Shown: positions 13,033 through 27,733 of the stretch, piece by piece
Numbering within the stretch: position 1 is the stretch's first letter
Layout of the letters: each line of letters opens with the position of its first letter
NCBI GenBank assembly: GCA_964247055.1
Contig: OZ176060.1
Location: 558,001-622,000 of the forward strand
Direction: 5' to 3'
Length of the DNA stretch: 64,000 nucleotides
From: Paragordius varius
Taxonomy: Eukaryota > Animalia > Nematomorpha
Position numbers and translations under genes: made by a program
The notes under the pieces: model-generated
Told to the model about the DNA's origin: nothing
What the model saw: the letters and a program-made list of their open reading frames with translations, nothing else
Database searches by the model: none

Positions 13033-14539
13033 TGATAATGTTAAACATTTCCACCTCGGAAGTTTAATCTCAGCATTTTCGAGTTAATTTTAAAATACTA
13101 GCCCTTTATGAAGAGCGATAAAATTGGGACTTTCGGGGTCTATATCAAAAAATTAAAATATTTGAAATATCTGTTTGTCTATTTATAAGTTATTTATGAT
13201 AAAATTTACTGATATTTACAAATGAACCGTTAAACCTTTATCAAAAAAAATATATTTAACATAATGTGCCCATATTATGAAATACTCTGATATTGAACGG
13301 TTACAACAAAAGTGTAAATAATTTTGTTAAATCAGTCGTGAAGATTAAAACCAAAAGCCCTATGATATTCCTGATACTTTTCCTATCGAATAATTTTTTT
13401 TTATATATTCCAATTTTATAATTTGAGAAAGAAGACTTTAAGAACGGGTTATAAATTAATTGTTTTAGCACGAGCTGATAAAAAATATAACGCTGAGTTA
13501 TTTTGAGAAAAATTTGACTTTATTTGGTCCTTCAAGCCGAATTCACGACAATAAGTAGTCTACGAGCAGTATTATATGTGTGTTATTAATTATCCAAGTT
13601 TGTTAAAAAATTTTATATTTATAATAATAAAAATTGTAGTATTTTATATTTTTGTACTATGCAAATATTATATCCATTGTTTACTCGTATAATTTTATAT
13701 GTTATTATCACTAATTATATTTATTTGGTAAATTACCATCACAGAAATTTGTTTAAAACCTATATACTAAGTGAATGATCATTTTCGCATACATTTTATT
13801 ATAGCAGATAAATATAAAAAGTTAACTATTATAAGGTAATTTGTTAAGTATATGTTATCTTTTTAATGTTTATATTTAATATATATTGTAATTAGTTTAA
13901 AAATAATTCATTAGGAATGTATAAAAAGTTATGTTACAATGTTGACTCACCAATAACATATTTTATTGTGTAATTCATTTAAATGCTAGAATTCGCATAA
14001 AATAAAAGTCGCAAAAATAATTTAAATTTATATGCATTCGATTATTTTGATATAAATTACATTTTATATTATGCGAAATTCTCTCAATTATTCTACATTT
14101 TACCATCTTAAAAAATATAAACATTTTTAGGAGACAGGATGATATAGACTGCTGTGTTTTGTCCATATTTGGTTATCAATAGCAACATAAAGGGAATTCT
14201 TCCATGATTCAGTAAAAATCAAACTTATACGGCAAAAAACGTAAAAATATAAAGAATTATTTAAAAGATATCCATTTTATAAACATTTTTTGGCATAAAA
14301 ATTGTATTTTTACAATTGTGAAATATGTAATGATTGTGTTTAGCATAAAATTTTGCTACTTTGCAATATTAACCAATGATATATTAAAAATATAAAAATT
14401 AAAAGTACTCAGAAAAAAATAATTGACTTTATTTTACGTTTTGTCTGTATATCAATTACCACTGTATCAAGAAATGAAATAAATTAACTGCTTTTCAATA
14501 AAACAAAGATAGAGTGAATAAATATAACTCATTTTTATA

Positions 14540-16450
14540 AATTTAAAACTAATATGCGGGCCTTATTAAATCTATAAAATATTTGATCTATTTCTTTCGT
14601 CAATCAATCATTAACATTAATAACTATTTAAAAGTGTTCTTTTTATATTAAGAGTTATGTTAGCCAAAAATTAAAAATAGTTTGTTGAAGTATGAGGACT
14701 TCACAAACGATGATAAACGACCTATAATTTTATTAAATTAATGTTTTATGACATTTTTTTAGCAATAATTCAAGAGCGATACTAATACAATAATTAAGCA
14801 TATAAAAAATTATCAATTAAAGTCTTAATATTGATAAAATATCATAGTAAATTTTTTATAGAATATATTTGCCATCTATTTATGAAATCGGATAAATTAA
14901 TTTAACATGGATGGAAAATATATATTTAATTAAAATCTTTCATTATAAACATTTAGCAGCTGTCAAAAGCGAATTATGCATTTTGATCGTAGAGAATATA
15001 TTATTTATAAAATAAAAATTAAAAATACGGACAAAAGGTAGAAAGTTTTTTACAAAGATAACCATATTTTTTCAAAATTTTTCATTGCGTTACGATTTAC
15101 ATTTCTATTTCAAACTTTGAATTTAAAACAAAGAGTTATATTAAAATGTCTAAGAAAGTACAACGTTTTGAAAAAAAAAATTTATTTATACTATACGTTT
15201 ATCCTTATATATATAATTTTATATGGGATATCATTGTAGGCTGGATTATATCTGGGCATTTTATTTTTAATTTTTTATTTCTAAGTTTATTTACAAATAA
15301 GAACCCTAATTATATGTTGTTAAATCTATTATTTTTTGTTAATTTTTATTTTGATGCTATTCTTTTTAGAATAAAATACACATATATCGCCAAAAATTTT
15401 ATAAATAATTATTTTATTAATTTTATTTATTTCTATCCAAATATCTCGTTTTAGTTTATTTGTTCTCGGCCTTTAAATGTGTGTAATAAGTAATCGGCTG
15501 AAACTTAAGCTGACAATTACTTTGAAAAAAGCGTGACACGCCTAAACCCTATATATTTGTTTTCAAACAAAATTCAGGGTATATACAGTTCCCACTTTAA
15601 TGTTGGTCACTTTTGTGTCAGAAACATTTTTCCCATAATTAAAACATTAGTTTTGATCAATTTATGAAGAAAATTTATATCATATACTATATGTCTTACA
15701 GGGCCAACAGTAAAGTGAAGAATGTACAGTAATATTTAAAATTTACTGATAAATTGTAAATATAAAGAGAAATTTTTTAAAAAAACAACCATAAATAAAA
15801 TACTTTTTCCCATAAAAATTATTTGATTAGAAATTAATATGTTAAGAATTTAACTCTCTTTCACAATCTACATGTAAAACAATCAGTTATAATTAAGAAA
15901 ATCAAGATATAAAAATTATGGTTATCTTTAAATAAATGCGTTTTTATTATTACGTTTGGTATAATTTTTTACTGTAATTTATTTATTATACAAAATTAAA
16001 CTTTAGAACCGAACGGTCAAATAGCATTTCAAATTTTTATTAACGATGCATTTTACAATAAACGTATTATAAAATAAATGAATCCATTATATTATATTTG
16101 CGAAGTGGATATTTAACCAAAATTATATTAAATGCTACATTTAATATATAATATATATGTTAAATTTAGTGTTAAATTATGTACATTTTTAATATGCCTG
16201 GCAAGATTGCCTTTTCTGGTATATTCCTTTTGGCAAATTGAACATACATGTTCAATTTTTCTGTGAACAGATTTTATGTGCCTTCCAAGACTTTCTTTTT
16301 GTGAAAACTGTATTTGCAAATCGAACATTCATGTTTAATTTTCCTTGAACACTCTGAATGTGCCTAGCAAGATGGCATTTTTGAGTAAATTTTTGCAAAT
16401 CGCACATTCATGTTTAATTTTCTCATGAACTAAATAAATGTGCTGAGTAA
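14540..16450. repeat. Segmental duplication paralogous to ~48560-50400
   Basis: Shared blocks in the same order (gaagtatgaggacttcacaaacgatgataa, gccatctatttatg, 3' flank module, minus-strand ZF 3' end). Confidence 0.8.
16128..16450 (-). pseudogene. ZF-family copy H, 5'-truncated (last 3 fingers only)
   Basis: Fingers ending QKCHLARHIQSV, QKESLGRHIKSVH, RKGNLARHIKNVH with frameshifts; family TGA changed to TTA as in copy F; cut at ~16450 by an unrelated repeat also seen at ~63580-63790. Confidence 0.85.
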
Positions 16451-17269
16451 TAGAGCGTTTGTTAAAAACGCAATAAACTGTAAATGGTGCATTTAAATAG
16501 ATCTGATGAAAAAGTTATTTAGGTTCATATAGAGTTTAATCCTTAAATAAGTCAAAAATTTTCCGACAAACTAATTTAAAAATCATATTAAATATTTTAA
16601 TAATTTAGGGTTACATTAGTAAAATTAATAAAGAAATTTGTAAAAGCTTACGGTTCGCTTTTTAATAAAGTTTTTAAAATCATTCCTAGTGGATGAATAT
16701 TAAAGTCAAAGTTATTACTGTAAATTTATTACATAATCGTTGAAAAATAAAAACATCTTATACTTTTTTTTTAATTAAAAAAAATTTTAAAAGCAAAAAA
16801 CTTAAAATATAGCTGTTTTAACATGTCCAATATTAACTATCAATGTAAAGCATATTAATATGCATCTTATAGAGTTTTCTATTCTCTCGAATGATATATT
16901 ATATTTGGGCATTTATTGTATTTTTAACGAAAAACATTTTTTAGTAAAATTTTGATAAAGAAGGCGCATAAAAAAATCTAATCATGCAAAATTCTTAGGT
17001 GAAATAAAATTTTTATATTATATTGTTAAAATAATGGTTATATGCAAAAAACTCGAGCGACAGAATAATTTGTAGTTTAGTTTTTTTCATTTATATACAG
17101 TTAGATAGTCTTCGATTGATTGTTGTTTGTTCTATTTAAAAATATATATCATAGTATTTTAAGTTGCTGCATATAAATAATATATTATGTTATCAGTTTT
17201 AAAGATGTTTTGAAGGATTTATTATTTAATTTAAACATTATCCCTTAGTATAAGAGAATCAATAAAGAG

Positions 17270-18610
17270 CTTATAATTATTATACTAAGAATAACGTAAC
17301 GATACTGAAACAGACAAATTTTTTTCAACAAACCATTGAAAGATTTATTCATCATCTTTCTTTTTACGATTGCATGGTTTATTTTATAAATTAATTATAT
17401 AGATGGCGTATTTATAACATGAGTTACTAAATAATTAAAACACTTGACTAAATATTAAATGATTTAACTAAAAAGTTTTTCTTTACAGGGTTAAAAATAG
17501 CAACTTTCTTATATTCATAAAGTTTATAATAAACATTTTATATTTTTCAAAAATATAATAAACTATTGTTGATATGGCTATTAAAGTCTCCCAGATATTT
17601 TTAATTTTTGGCTATAAATAAATATTTTATTAATATATCATAAACTTTTGGGGTAATTTCATACTCCATTCCCTTTTATTGTACCTAAGTAATATTTTGA
17701 TTGGGCTAATATAAAAAATGCCTTTTAGGAAGAACTTTTAAAGTATCTATAATTGCAAAATAGACACACATGTCGAACTTTTTCGCCGCGATTTTTTTCT
17801 TTAATTTTGTAAACTGCGAATACACGCAAATCGAAAAATATACATTAACCTCGATTTCAAAATTACAATATACCACAAATATATTTGATTTTATGATGTT
17901 TATTTCAATCGTGTTTTGGGGGTATCTTAATTTGGTATTTTAGAGGTTTATACTGTACATTCTATTTTTTTATCTACAGAAGAGAGATTGATAATTATAT
18001 TAAGCAAAACAACTTTTAAACAGTGGTCTATTTACCAAGCTTCATTATGATGTGCCCCCAAAATATCGTCTATAAAAATATGTAAAGCTAAAATGAACTG
18101 TTTATAAAATCTAATATTTTAATATTAATTAATTAATATTCAGTTCTATAATTTTAATAATGAATATTATAAGTTTACGGAATAGTCAGTTATTAAAGCC
18201 ACATTGCACTATTGAATATTTTAAAAAAAATATAAAATTCAAATTTAGATATAAAAAATAAAAATAGATGGATTTTCATTATAATTTCTATAATTTATTA
18301 AACTGGAAAATGTTGTAAATATTAACATATATTTTCTCAAGAAAAATATTTAAATGGTTTATAATTTATAAATAATTTTCATATAATTGTGTGTCATTTT
18401 TAGGGAATATTTTATAAAAAAAATATTTTATCTAACCAGATTTCATGTGTGTTATTCTCAGTAACCTAACATTACTATTAATAATTTAATTAATTTTATT
18501 TAATTTAAATTTGAAAGTAATGTTTATTATAAAAACTAAAAATATACAGATAAAAGGAAATAACAAACAATATCTTTTAAAAAGTCAACCATACTTTGTA
18601 AATTTTAATA
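17270..18610. repeat. Segmental duplication paralogous to ~39740-40960 (far-upstream block of copies B and E)
   Basis: Long colinear matches, e.g. tacgattgcatggtttattttataaattaatt, ggctattaaagtctcccagatatttttaatttttggc, acagtggtctatttaccaagcttcattatgat. Confidence 0.85.
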
Positions 18611-18880
18611 TTTTTATAAATAATCGTTTTAGTAAATACCAAATCTGAAATATACACACCAAACTATATATCAAAACAAGTGTTTTTCCTAAAGACAATC
18701 ATTTTCATTGAAACATTGATTTTTTGCCAATTTATTGTATATAATTGGGTGTAATACATTTCCTACCAATTTTTCAACCAAATACGATAAAGAATATTTA
18801 AAATAATTAATTTGAAAATATATTTGTCTTTATTTATTTGTCCCTATAATTACAATTTTTACAAATGGTAATTTTATACC

Positions 18881-18911
<31 letters not shown>

Positions 18912-19188
18912 GCTTTTTAATATATTATTACAGGAGAATAGAGAATAAGTTTTTACTGAGTGCTCATATCAAATTAAGATTTTAGGAAGGCTTTAAAATA
19001 ATTAACCATAAGCGACTTTATGCAACCTTATATTAATATAAAATAGTTATTATTTTTCGGGATGTTCAATTACAGTTCATATTTGAATTATAATTTATTT
19101 GAGTAATATTTTTAATTTGATGTTAATTTTTGGAGTGAGGATTTTTAATTTATATTTTATTATTAATTAATTTTCACAATTTTTTTAG

Positions 19189-20068
19189 ATTTTGGCGATT
19201 CGACTTACAAACTTTGGTGTGATCTCGATACTAAACTTTATAAAGTAGAACTCAAAAATCAACAAGAAACGTATATTGATGATCCATCTAAACCGGCCTC
19301 ATTTCTTAATATGTTGGAAAATAAAGAATTCACAAACGATGATTTATGGAGAATTTTGAACGCTTCTATCCATAACCTTTGTTATTTAAGGGAACATAAA
19401 AGCGAAAATACTCAAGAAAATAATAATTTTAATGATGAAAATACCGAAACCATCAAAGATGCCTTAATAATTGATTTGGTAAGAGAACAAACGGAACCTT
19501 TAGATCTTTCGCTCAAAAAACCACCAAAAATTATAAAAGATTTTACCTCGGTATGTTCAAATGTTGCTTCCAATGACATAAGCTTAAATGATATTAACAA
19601 TCTATTTAATAATAACAATAATAATACTAAACCTATTGGGTCCTTAAACACTCAAAAATTGGAGAATGATTATCTATGTTTTCAATGTGATAAAATTTAT
19701 AAGGGCTTGACCAAACATATTCGTTTTGTTCATGAACAAGTGAAATATCATTGCAAAATTTATTCGAAAATGTTTTCTAAAGGCAATCTTGCTAGGCACA
19801 TTAAGTCGGTTCATGAAAAAATTAAACATAAATGTCCGATTTGCAAAAAGGAATATACTGGAAAAGGCAATCTTGCAACACATATTCAGGGTGTTCACAG
19901 GAAAATTAAATATTCATTCAAAATTTGTTTGAAAATGTTTTCTAAAGGCAATCTTGCTAGGCACATATATTCGTTCATGAGAAAATTAAACATGAATGTG
20001 CGATTTGCAAAAAGGAATATAACGAAAAAAGCAGTCTTGCCAGGCATATTAAAAATGTACATAATTGA
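19189..20068 (+). pseudogene. ZF-family copy B, terminal exon with damaged fingers; exon 1 missing
   Basis: Acceptor ttttag|AT at 19188/19189; N-terminal region and PLDLS intact; finger 1 shortened, Cys to Tyr and Cys to Phe in fingers 2 and 4, frameshift before finger 5; ancestral TGA at 20066-20068. Confidence 0.85.
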
Positions 20069-21149
20069 ACACTTTATTCAACATATATAATATATTAAAT
20101 GTAAAAATTAATATAATTTTGTTTAAATATCCATTTCTCAAATAAAAGATGTTGATTTTCATATTATGAAGACGTTTAAAAGCATCGTTAATAAAATATT
20201 TGGAATGATATTTGACCGGTCTTCTCTGGATTTTATTTTGTAGGAAAAATCGAATAACGACCAAACGTAAAAATTCAAACCCAAATACTTTTTCTTAAAA
20301 ACAATCATTTCATTTTGATTTGCTAAATATAACTGATTGTTTAAAATGTAGATTGTAAAATAGATTTATTGGTAACACAATCAATTATGTATTTTAAATT
20401 ATATATACGATAAATTTCATTCTAAAATACATAGTTTGTCTTTTGAAAAAATTGTCTTTAGATGTTCACGTTTTGTCCGTATTATTATGATTTTTACTGT
20501 CCAGTAGTCACTTTATTGATGGCTAATTAGCAATACAGTAGCGTTATAAAACAAATCTTGTCCATAAATTAATAAACAAATTAATGTTGTGATATAGGAA
20601 AAATATATATTTCACACCGTTTGTTGTTTTTTACTCACACGTTACTCTATTGCCAATCGGCCAAAATAATGTGAAGTGGCCAACAATAAAATGGGTAATA
20701 AATTCTACGGTTTAATCGGCGTGCCACGCTTTTTCAATGTAATTGTCAGTTGAAACTTTACAGAAGATTGCGTTTCACTCTTTTTAAAAAACCGTCATAA
20801 ACTAAAACTATAAATATTTACATAAAAATTCAAAAGTAAAACAATATACAAAATTAAATTTTTTTTAGCAATTATGGTATATTTTATTCTAAAAGAAAAT
20901 AGCATAAAAATTAAAAAATTTACACAAACCTATAAAATGACTTAAATACAAATATAACTAAATGTTTTATATAAAAACATAGAAATAAGAAATAAAATTT
21001 AAAAGGGCAATAAGAAATAATCCAACCTACAATAGTATTTAAATATAATTGACATTATACGGACAAAACGTGAAATTATAAATACTCTTTTTTCCAGAAC
21101 CTAATTTTTTAAATATAACTTTTTGTTTCAAGTTAAAATTTACAATTTT

Positions 21150-21680
21150 CACTTGTCCCTCTTCAATGTGATCCTTGATAATTCAAATTGATCCTTGAAC
21201 ATTTCAAGTTTGGCATTAACTCTTTTGTTTTGTTTTTAATTTTATCAATTATATCGTGTATTCATCTTTTTTAAAAATTTTAAACTAATTCTTTTATTTT
21301 ACATAGACTATAATTCAATAGTCTAATTTTATTAGTTTCCTTAAATATATTATAATACAATATGTAAACACGAATTAAACAACATATAGGTCATCTGGGT
21401 CATTGATACATTCAAAAATATATAATTTTGTTTAATTGCAATAATTTAGTTTGGAACAAAAAAGTGGTGTTTAAATAAAAAATTATTTTGTTAAATAAAT
21501 AAATATATGATAAATAAAGAGGTTATGATACAAAGTAAGAGATAAAAATAGATGGAAGAATTATGGTTAAATCGAAATTTTAATATTTTAAGGATCACCA
21601 AAAGTGTTTAAGAACCAACTACTTGATATGTTCAAGAACTAACTTGAAGTGTTTTAAGACACTCTTGCGATGCAAATAAT
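21150..21680. mobile_element. MITE family 2 copy (degraded)
   Basis: 21-bp repeat arms at ~21160-21215 and inverted at ~21595-21670. Confidence 0.65.
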
Positions 21681-23970
21681 ATAAAAAAAAGTTAAAAAAG
21701 TATGATTGGCTTTACAATATTCCTAAATTATGACTCTTTGTCCGTATAATTTTAATATTTTATTGTAAATAGATGTCTTAATTAGTGCCACGACTGTAAT
21801 TATTGATCATTTATTGCTTAGTAACTTCATATGGTATTTATTGTTAGACGCAAAATATATTTTATATAATAATAGAGATTATTTAACTTTTAATATGGTA
21901 TAAATTGTTAAAGAGTAATGGGTACTTACGTTTGCTTGTTGTACACCCGTTTTTTCCTGAATTTTAATTTTTGCCTAAAACACTGCTAGAAAAAAATTAT
22001 ATGATTTTTAATCAATTCCTTCTCTTATTTTAGTATAATATATTAACATAAAAATTCTAGATTATTTTGATAATAATTTTTTATTGGTTTTATGGCCACT
22101 AAAAATTTAACATGTTTCGAATAAAGTTCAAATATGTTCTCTAATAAATACTTTAATTATATAATACAAGTAATATAATTTTTCGATTACATCTTATATA
22201 AAATAAACTCTTAACTTCAGTAATAATCTCCTGATAATATATAGTTTCTCATTATAAATATATCAGTATATTTTTGATTAGGTTTGTGAGTGAGAAAGCT
22301 ATTTGCACTTTAAAATTTTTTTGGTGATAGCTAAATGCCTTATTCCAAAAATATCACTAAAGTATGTTATAAACTACGCATAAAAAGCAAAACATTATTT
22401 TTGAAAGAATTCAAATTGGAATTGGACACGTCTAAAAGAGCTAGTTTTTTCAAACAAACGCAACCTAGATTTCGCTATACAAAAAATATTTTAATAATCC
22501 ATCTTTGTTAAAAATATCAATATTAGCATAACTATTAACTGTATATCAAATCAAGATATAATGGAAAAGTATTTTATCCCCTCAGGATTTGATTAAAGGT
22601 TAAGTTGCTTTTAAATTTAGGAAAATATTATAAAATACAATTTATTAGTAGATGGTTTAGAGCTTAATACCGTAATGCTTCAAAATAGCATGAAGTAGGC
22701 TTTAACAAAAAGATTTGAATTTATTAACAAAATATGGAAGTTTTTACAAAATTATTTTTTAATGTTATAATCTATGAAATATTAATAAATTTCGTATAAT
22801 CTCGGCGATTCAACATGAAGTATCAAAGGATCAAATTAAAGTGTTTAAAAATTAACCTAAAGTGTATAAAAATACCCTTAAAGTGCAAATGGTATCGTTA
22901 AATTTGGTTGTATCAATTTAAATTGGTTTAGCATATTTATATAGAGACAAAAATTTATATTCGCTATCTATGAGAAAGGTTATAGTCGCAACACATCTAG
23001 ATTTTATCATACACGCGATATAGGCATACTGTTAAATGTATTGTATTATATATTTGAATTAATTATTAAAATTTGTTCGTTAAATTAAGTTTTCAAACTT
23101 TCTATAAACAATTATATATTTAATAATATTTATTGACTTATCAGTTCAGAAGGCGAAACAGTTATTTATTTATACCTTGTCCAGAATAAATAGTTAAATA
23201 AATATAGTAATATTTTATCGCTCTTTAAATATTAAATATGCCATCTAATTATTGAAGTAAAATTAAGCCCCAAAAGAAACATGTGTAATGTCCATAAAGT
23301 TCCCACGTATTGCAAATGACATTAAATTTAGACTTATTTTTCGTATTTATCGCTAATTTTATTATCATATTATTAACCTTTAAATTTGTTTTAAACCTTT
23401 GAACGATATATTAGAATTGCTCTATTAAACTTTTAAAATAAGACAATCAGAAATGTAATTCAAATTTATAAATTTTTAAATTTGAGCATATTATTGCAAT
23501 CTTTGCACCTATTTATATATTACTTCTTTTAAGCGTCTATAAAAATTATTTTTAGTAACATATAATTAATAAAAACAATCAATGATTATATTCGTCTTAC
23601 AGGAGTTATCATCCATAAGTTAAGTGTAATAAATATTATTTTTAAATAGAGACATGACAATTTGGGAATATTTTTTTAGCAATTAACAATCATGAACAAT
23701 GTGAGAACTATATAGCTTTTCTTTTTAAATTAACAGGATTTTCTATACCTAATATATTAATTAGATGGCATATATAAGAGTATATTTTTTAATTTATTAA
23801 AACTTTAGAGTAGTCAAACAAATTTATTATATTTGTACGAATTATTAATTACTTCAATTCAAGTTTATATACTACACATTTACCAATAAGCTGTTCCTGT
23901 AGCTACTCTTAGCTTTTCTCATAATAAGAAAATATAAATTTTTTCTATATAGTATATTTCACTAAACCCA

Positions 23971-24535
23971 TTTAACACTTCGATTCAAATTGGGGTATCT
24001 AAATACCCCAAACTTAATTTGAGTTAGGATTTTTAAAAAACTACTGAAGGAAACAGTCTCAATTTAAATTTATGCTTCTATCCTAATAAAAATTATATAA
24101 ATATGCTAAAATATCTAAATAAAGTTTTGTTTTGAAAAAAAAGCTCCATGTCAAACTACTTGGCCGCCATTTTTATTTTACAAAAATTTTGCAAAATATC
24201 GTCTTTATTTAATTTTAAGGGTAAAATCAAGGCTAACTTTTAATTTAAATGACATCTAACATTGATAGAAATAAAAAAGCTGTTTATTTTGTATTGTTTT
24301 TCAATTTTACCATTGCACGCATGTCACATTGACTAAATTTTTACCTTTCGGATTTAGCTTAAAATAAGTAATATCAAGTATTTTTGAATAAAATTTTTTA
24401 TATATTTGGGTTTATTAATGTTTTATAAGTGCAAGATCTTGCCATGGTTTTGATTCATTCGATATTTTTAAAGAATTTAATTATAAACCTCCCTGGGGTA
24501 TTTAACTACCCCAATTTGAATCGAAGGACTAAAAT
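23971..24535. mobile_element. Non-autonomous TIR element, possibly piggyBac-like
   Basis: TIRs ttcgattcaaattggggta..taaatacccca / tggggtattta..taccccaatttgaatcgaa; TTAA at left end, right end degenerate; related inverted copy at ~55700-56070; paralogous site at ~57270 appears to lack it. Confidence 0.55.
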
Positions 24536-24866
24536 GAATGTGTTGTATCCAAGTGTTAAATTGGCCCAAAATCTTGATATTCCTTGCACTTTTAGATTGA
24601 TTTTATGCAGTTTCTTTAACACTACATGTTTGCCCGCCAAGATTTGGCAAAAATAATTAATATAAACAGGGCTATTCAACATGAGGCACTCTGAGATTTT
24701 GTGTGCGGCTGTGAAGGATTAGAAAATCCATAATTTGCAGAAAACGCTTATAAAATCCCAGTAAAATTGATATTTATTATAAAAAAATGTAAATAAGACT
24801 ATCATATAGGCAAAGAACTAGAAAAATCAATAAGATGTTTGAAAACTAATAAATTCTTGAATTATC

Positions 24867-24903
<37 letters not shown>

Positions 24904-25846
24904 TCCAATGCGGTCCAGGAAGCTAATTAATTTATTCAAAAGTTAGTTGAAGCTTACTTTATTCTATTACGAACATGATAAGATGTGCCTAAAAATTTTA
25001 ATTGTTTTAATCGCCTTTAAATACAAGTTAATTATAACTGAATATTAAAACTAAATATCCAAATTCAAAAACAATCTAACTTTTAAATCGAAATTCTGAG
25101 GTAATTGAAATGTTCGAAAGTATTTTATCATATCTTAAAAAATAGTTAGTTTACGAGAAAAATCTTTCCATAAAGTATGATGGTTTTTTTCAAAAGGAAT
25201 TTCAATTTAAAGTTTTGGTTGTATAATTATAATTTTTAATGTGTTAAAAGAATATTTTATTTAGAGTTTGATGTAATAAAATTTTGTATAGTAATATATG
25301 CAAAACTTGTATTTAGGTCAATTTTGTAAGATATATTTTCTCAATATTATTTATTATATTAAATTTTAATTAGAAAAACTAAAATATCAATTTATTCGAG
25401 CCAAAATTCTTTGGCTTTAAAATTTTATTTGCTGGGAAACATATAATTACTTAAAAATTAAAATATTTTTTTAAAAAAGGGCGGTTCCCATTTAATCATA
25501 TAATGTCATATAATTTATTTGTGATTCCAAAAATTAAATATTAAATATTTATTAAATACATTGTATTATTTAAATATTTGTAAAAAAATTTTTAAGTCAA
25601 TAAATGATTGACAATTAGCAAAATAAGTAATTTAATTAAAATTATTCAGAAATAAAAATTATATGTAAAAGAATAAAATTAAATATATAAATTAAATAAA
25701 TTAATAACAATATTTTTAAACCATAATATAATATAAAAAATTTTGATTTAAATATATAATGAAAGGACAGACGATTTTTCTTAACGGTTTTTTATTTATT
25801 GTCTGCTTTTTATTTTTTCAAAAAAATATTCAAATTTATTTGGAAA

Positions 25847-25901
25847 ATGGGTAATTATATATTTAATATTTAAGCAATATTATAAAATAAATTATTTTAT
25901 T

Positions 25902-25940
<39 letters not shown>

Positions 25941-27733
25941 AATATTTATTAATTTTAATATTATTATTTATAACTCTAATTTTTAAAAATAAATACAATA
26001 TTTTAAATATTTTTTTTAAATTAATTGAATATATTTTTTTGTGATTTAATATTGATAATTAACCTTTTTTAAAATATATTAGCATATTAAAGAGATTAAT
26101 AAATAAAGATTTTAATGATATTTTTAGGTTAATTTTTAAATTTTAAAATTTTGACATTTATTATTTATTATTTTGATATTATTTTTATTAATATTAATTT
26201 ATTCCATATATACTAATGTTTCATCTGTATATTCTAATCAAATCATGTAAAATTTATGTACATTTTAATTAGATAATTGATAAAATTATTTAAACTGATT
26301 TAATAATAATAAATTCTAGTTTTTTTATTTATAATTTTTCAGTTTTATTTTATCACGCTTTTCTTGAAAAAAATATTATGTTTAGATTTTAAAATTTTAA
26401 TATTAATTTATAATGTCATTTAGTGTTTTACAATTACCAATGATCCAGCTATATAAGCGACTTTATACAACTTTAGATGATTATAGATTATTTTACATAT
26501 TTTTTTTTATCAAGTCTAATTAGAGTTTATCTTTGCAAGGTTACTCAAATATTACAGTAAAAATTAAAATTATACGGAGAAAACGTAAATATATAAAGAC
26601 AAATATCAAAATATCTCTAATTCTAACTTGGCAATCCTAAACCGTGATATTTAAGTAAAAAAGCAACACTAAAAAAGTATGTGGTAACACAATCTATTAT
26701 ATATTTTAGACCGTAAGTAAATAATTTTTTTAGAAAAAAATTAATGTTTTAAAAATATGGTAATGTTTTAATAAAAAATTTTGTCTTTTTATTTCTTAAG
26801 TTTTCGCCTGTATTTATTTAGTAATATTTAATTAATGTCATTAAATTGATATTAAACCGGTTTTTGGCGTATGTATTTTCGTCTCGTCATTTACAAATCA
26901 TTTTTTATAAATAAATTTATTAGATTTTGGTGATTCGACTTACAAACTTTGGTGTGATCTCGATACTAAGCTTTATAAAGTGGAACTCAAAAATCAACAA
27001 GAAACGTATATTGATGATCCATCTAAACCGACATCATTTCTTAATTTATTGGAAAATGAAGACTTTACAAATGATGATTTACGGAGAATTCTGAACGCTT
27101 CTTTCCATAACCTTTGTTATTTAAGGGAACATAAAAGCGAAAATACCTTACAAAATAATAATTCTAATGATGAAAATACCGAAACCATCAAAGATAGCCT
27201 AATAATTGATTTGGTAGGAGAACAGACGGAACCTTTAGATCTTTCGCTGAAAAAAATCACCAAAAAGTATGAAAAAAATTACGCCGGTGTGCGACAGTAT
27301 TGATTCCAATGATATAAGCATGAATGATATTAACAATCTATTTGATGATAGTAACAAAACAAAACCTCATAAGTCTTTAAACTCTTCAAAAATGGTTAAT
27401 AATTATCGATGTATTCAATGTGATAAAATTTATAAGGACAAACATGTTTTAATCACACATATTCGTTCTGTTCATGAAAAAGTTAAATACTCGTGCAAAA
27501 TTTGTTCGAAAATATTTTCTAACAAAGGCAATCTTGATAGGCACATTAAGTCAATTCATTAGAAAATTAAACATAAATGTCCGATTTGTAAAAAGAAATA
27601 TACTAAAAAAGGCTATCTTGGAACACATATTCAAGCTGTTCACAGGAAAATTAAACATGAATGTCCGATCTGCCTTAAGAAGTATACTGGAAAAGGCATT
27701 CTTGCCAGGCATATTAAAAATGTACATAATTGA
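25847..27733 (+). pseudogene. ZF-family copy C: exon 1 ATGG (25847-25850), intron 25851-26923, exon 2 from 26924; frameshift just after PLDLS
   Basis: ggaaaATGG|gtaatt donor and attag|AT acceptor; extra A in the lysine run after PLDLSL; TAG at 27560-27562 after finger 2; 4 fingers recognisable out of frame. Confidence 0.85.

Noticed and set aside
18021-18085. Exon-like GLFTKLHYDVPPKYRL / VYLPSFIMMCPQN (paralog at ~40430)
   Set aside because: Stop or wrong phase relative to ZF exon 2, donor not conserved in the paralog, and the JmjC-like TxLHYD resemblance is too short.
24160-24175. GGCCGCCATTTT YY1-like promoter site (inverted relative at ~55915)
   Set aside because: Lies inside a TIR element; such words are common in MITEs.
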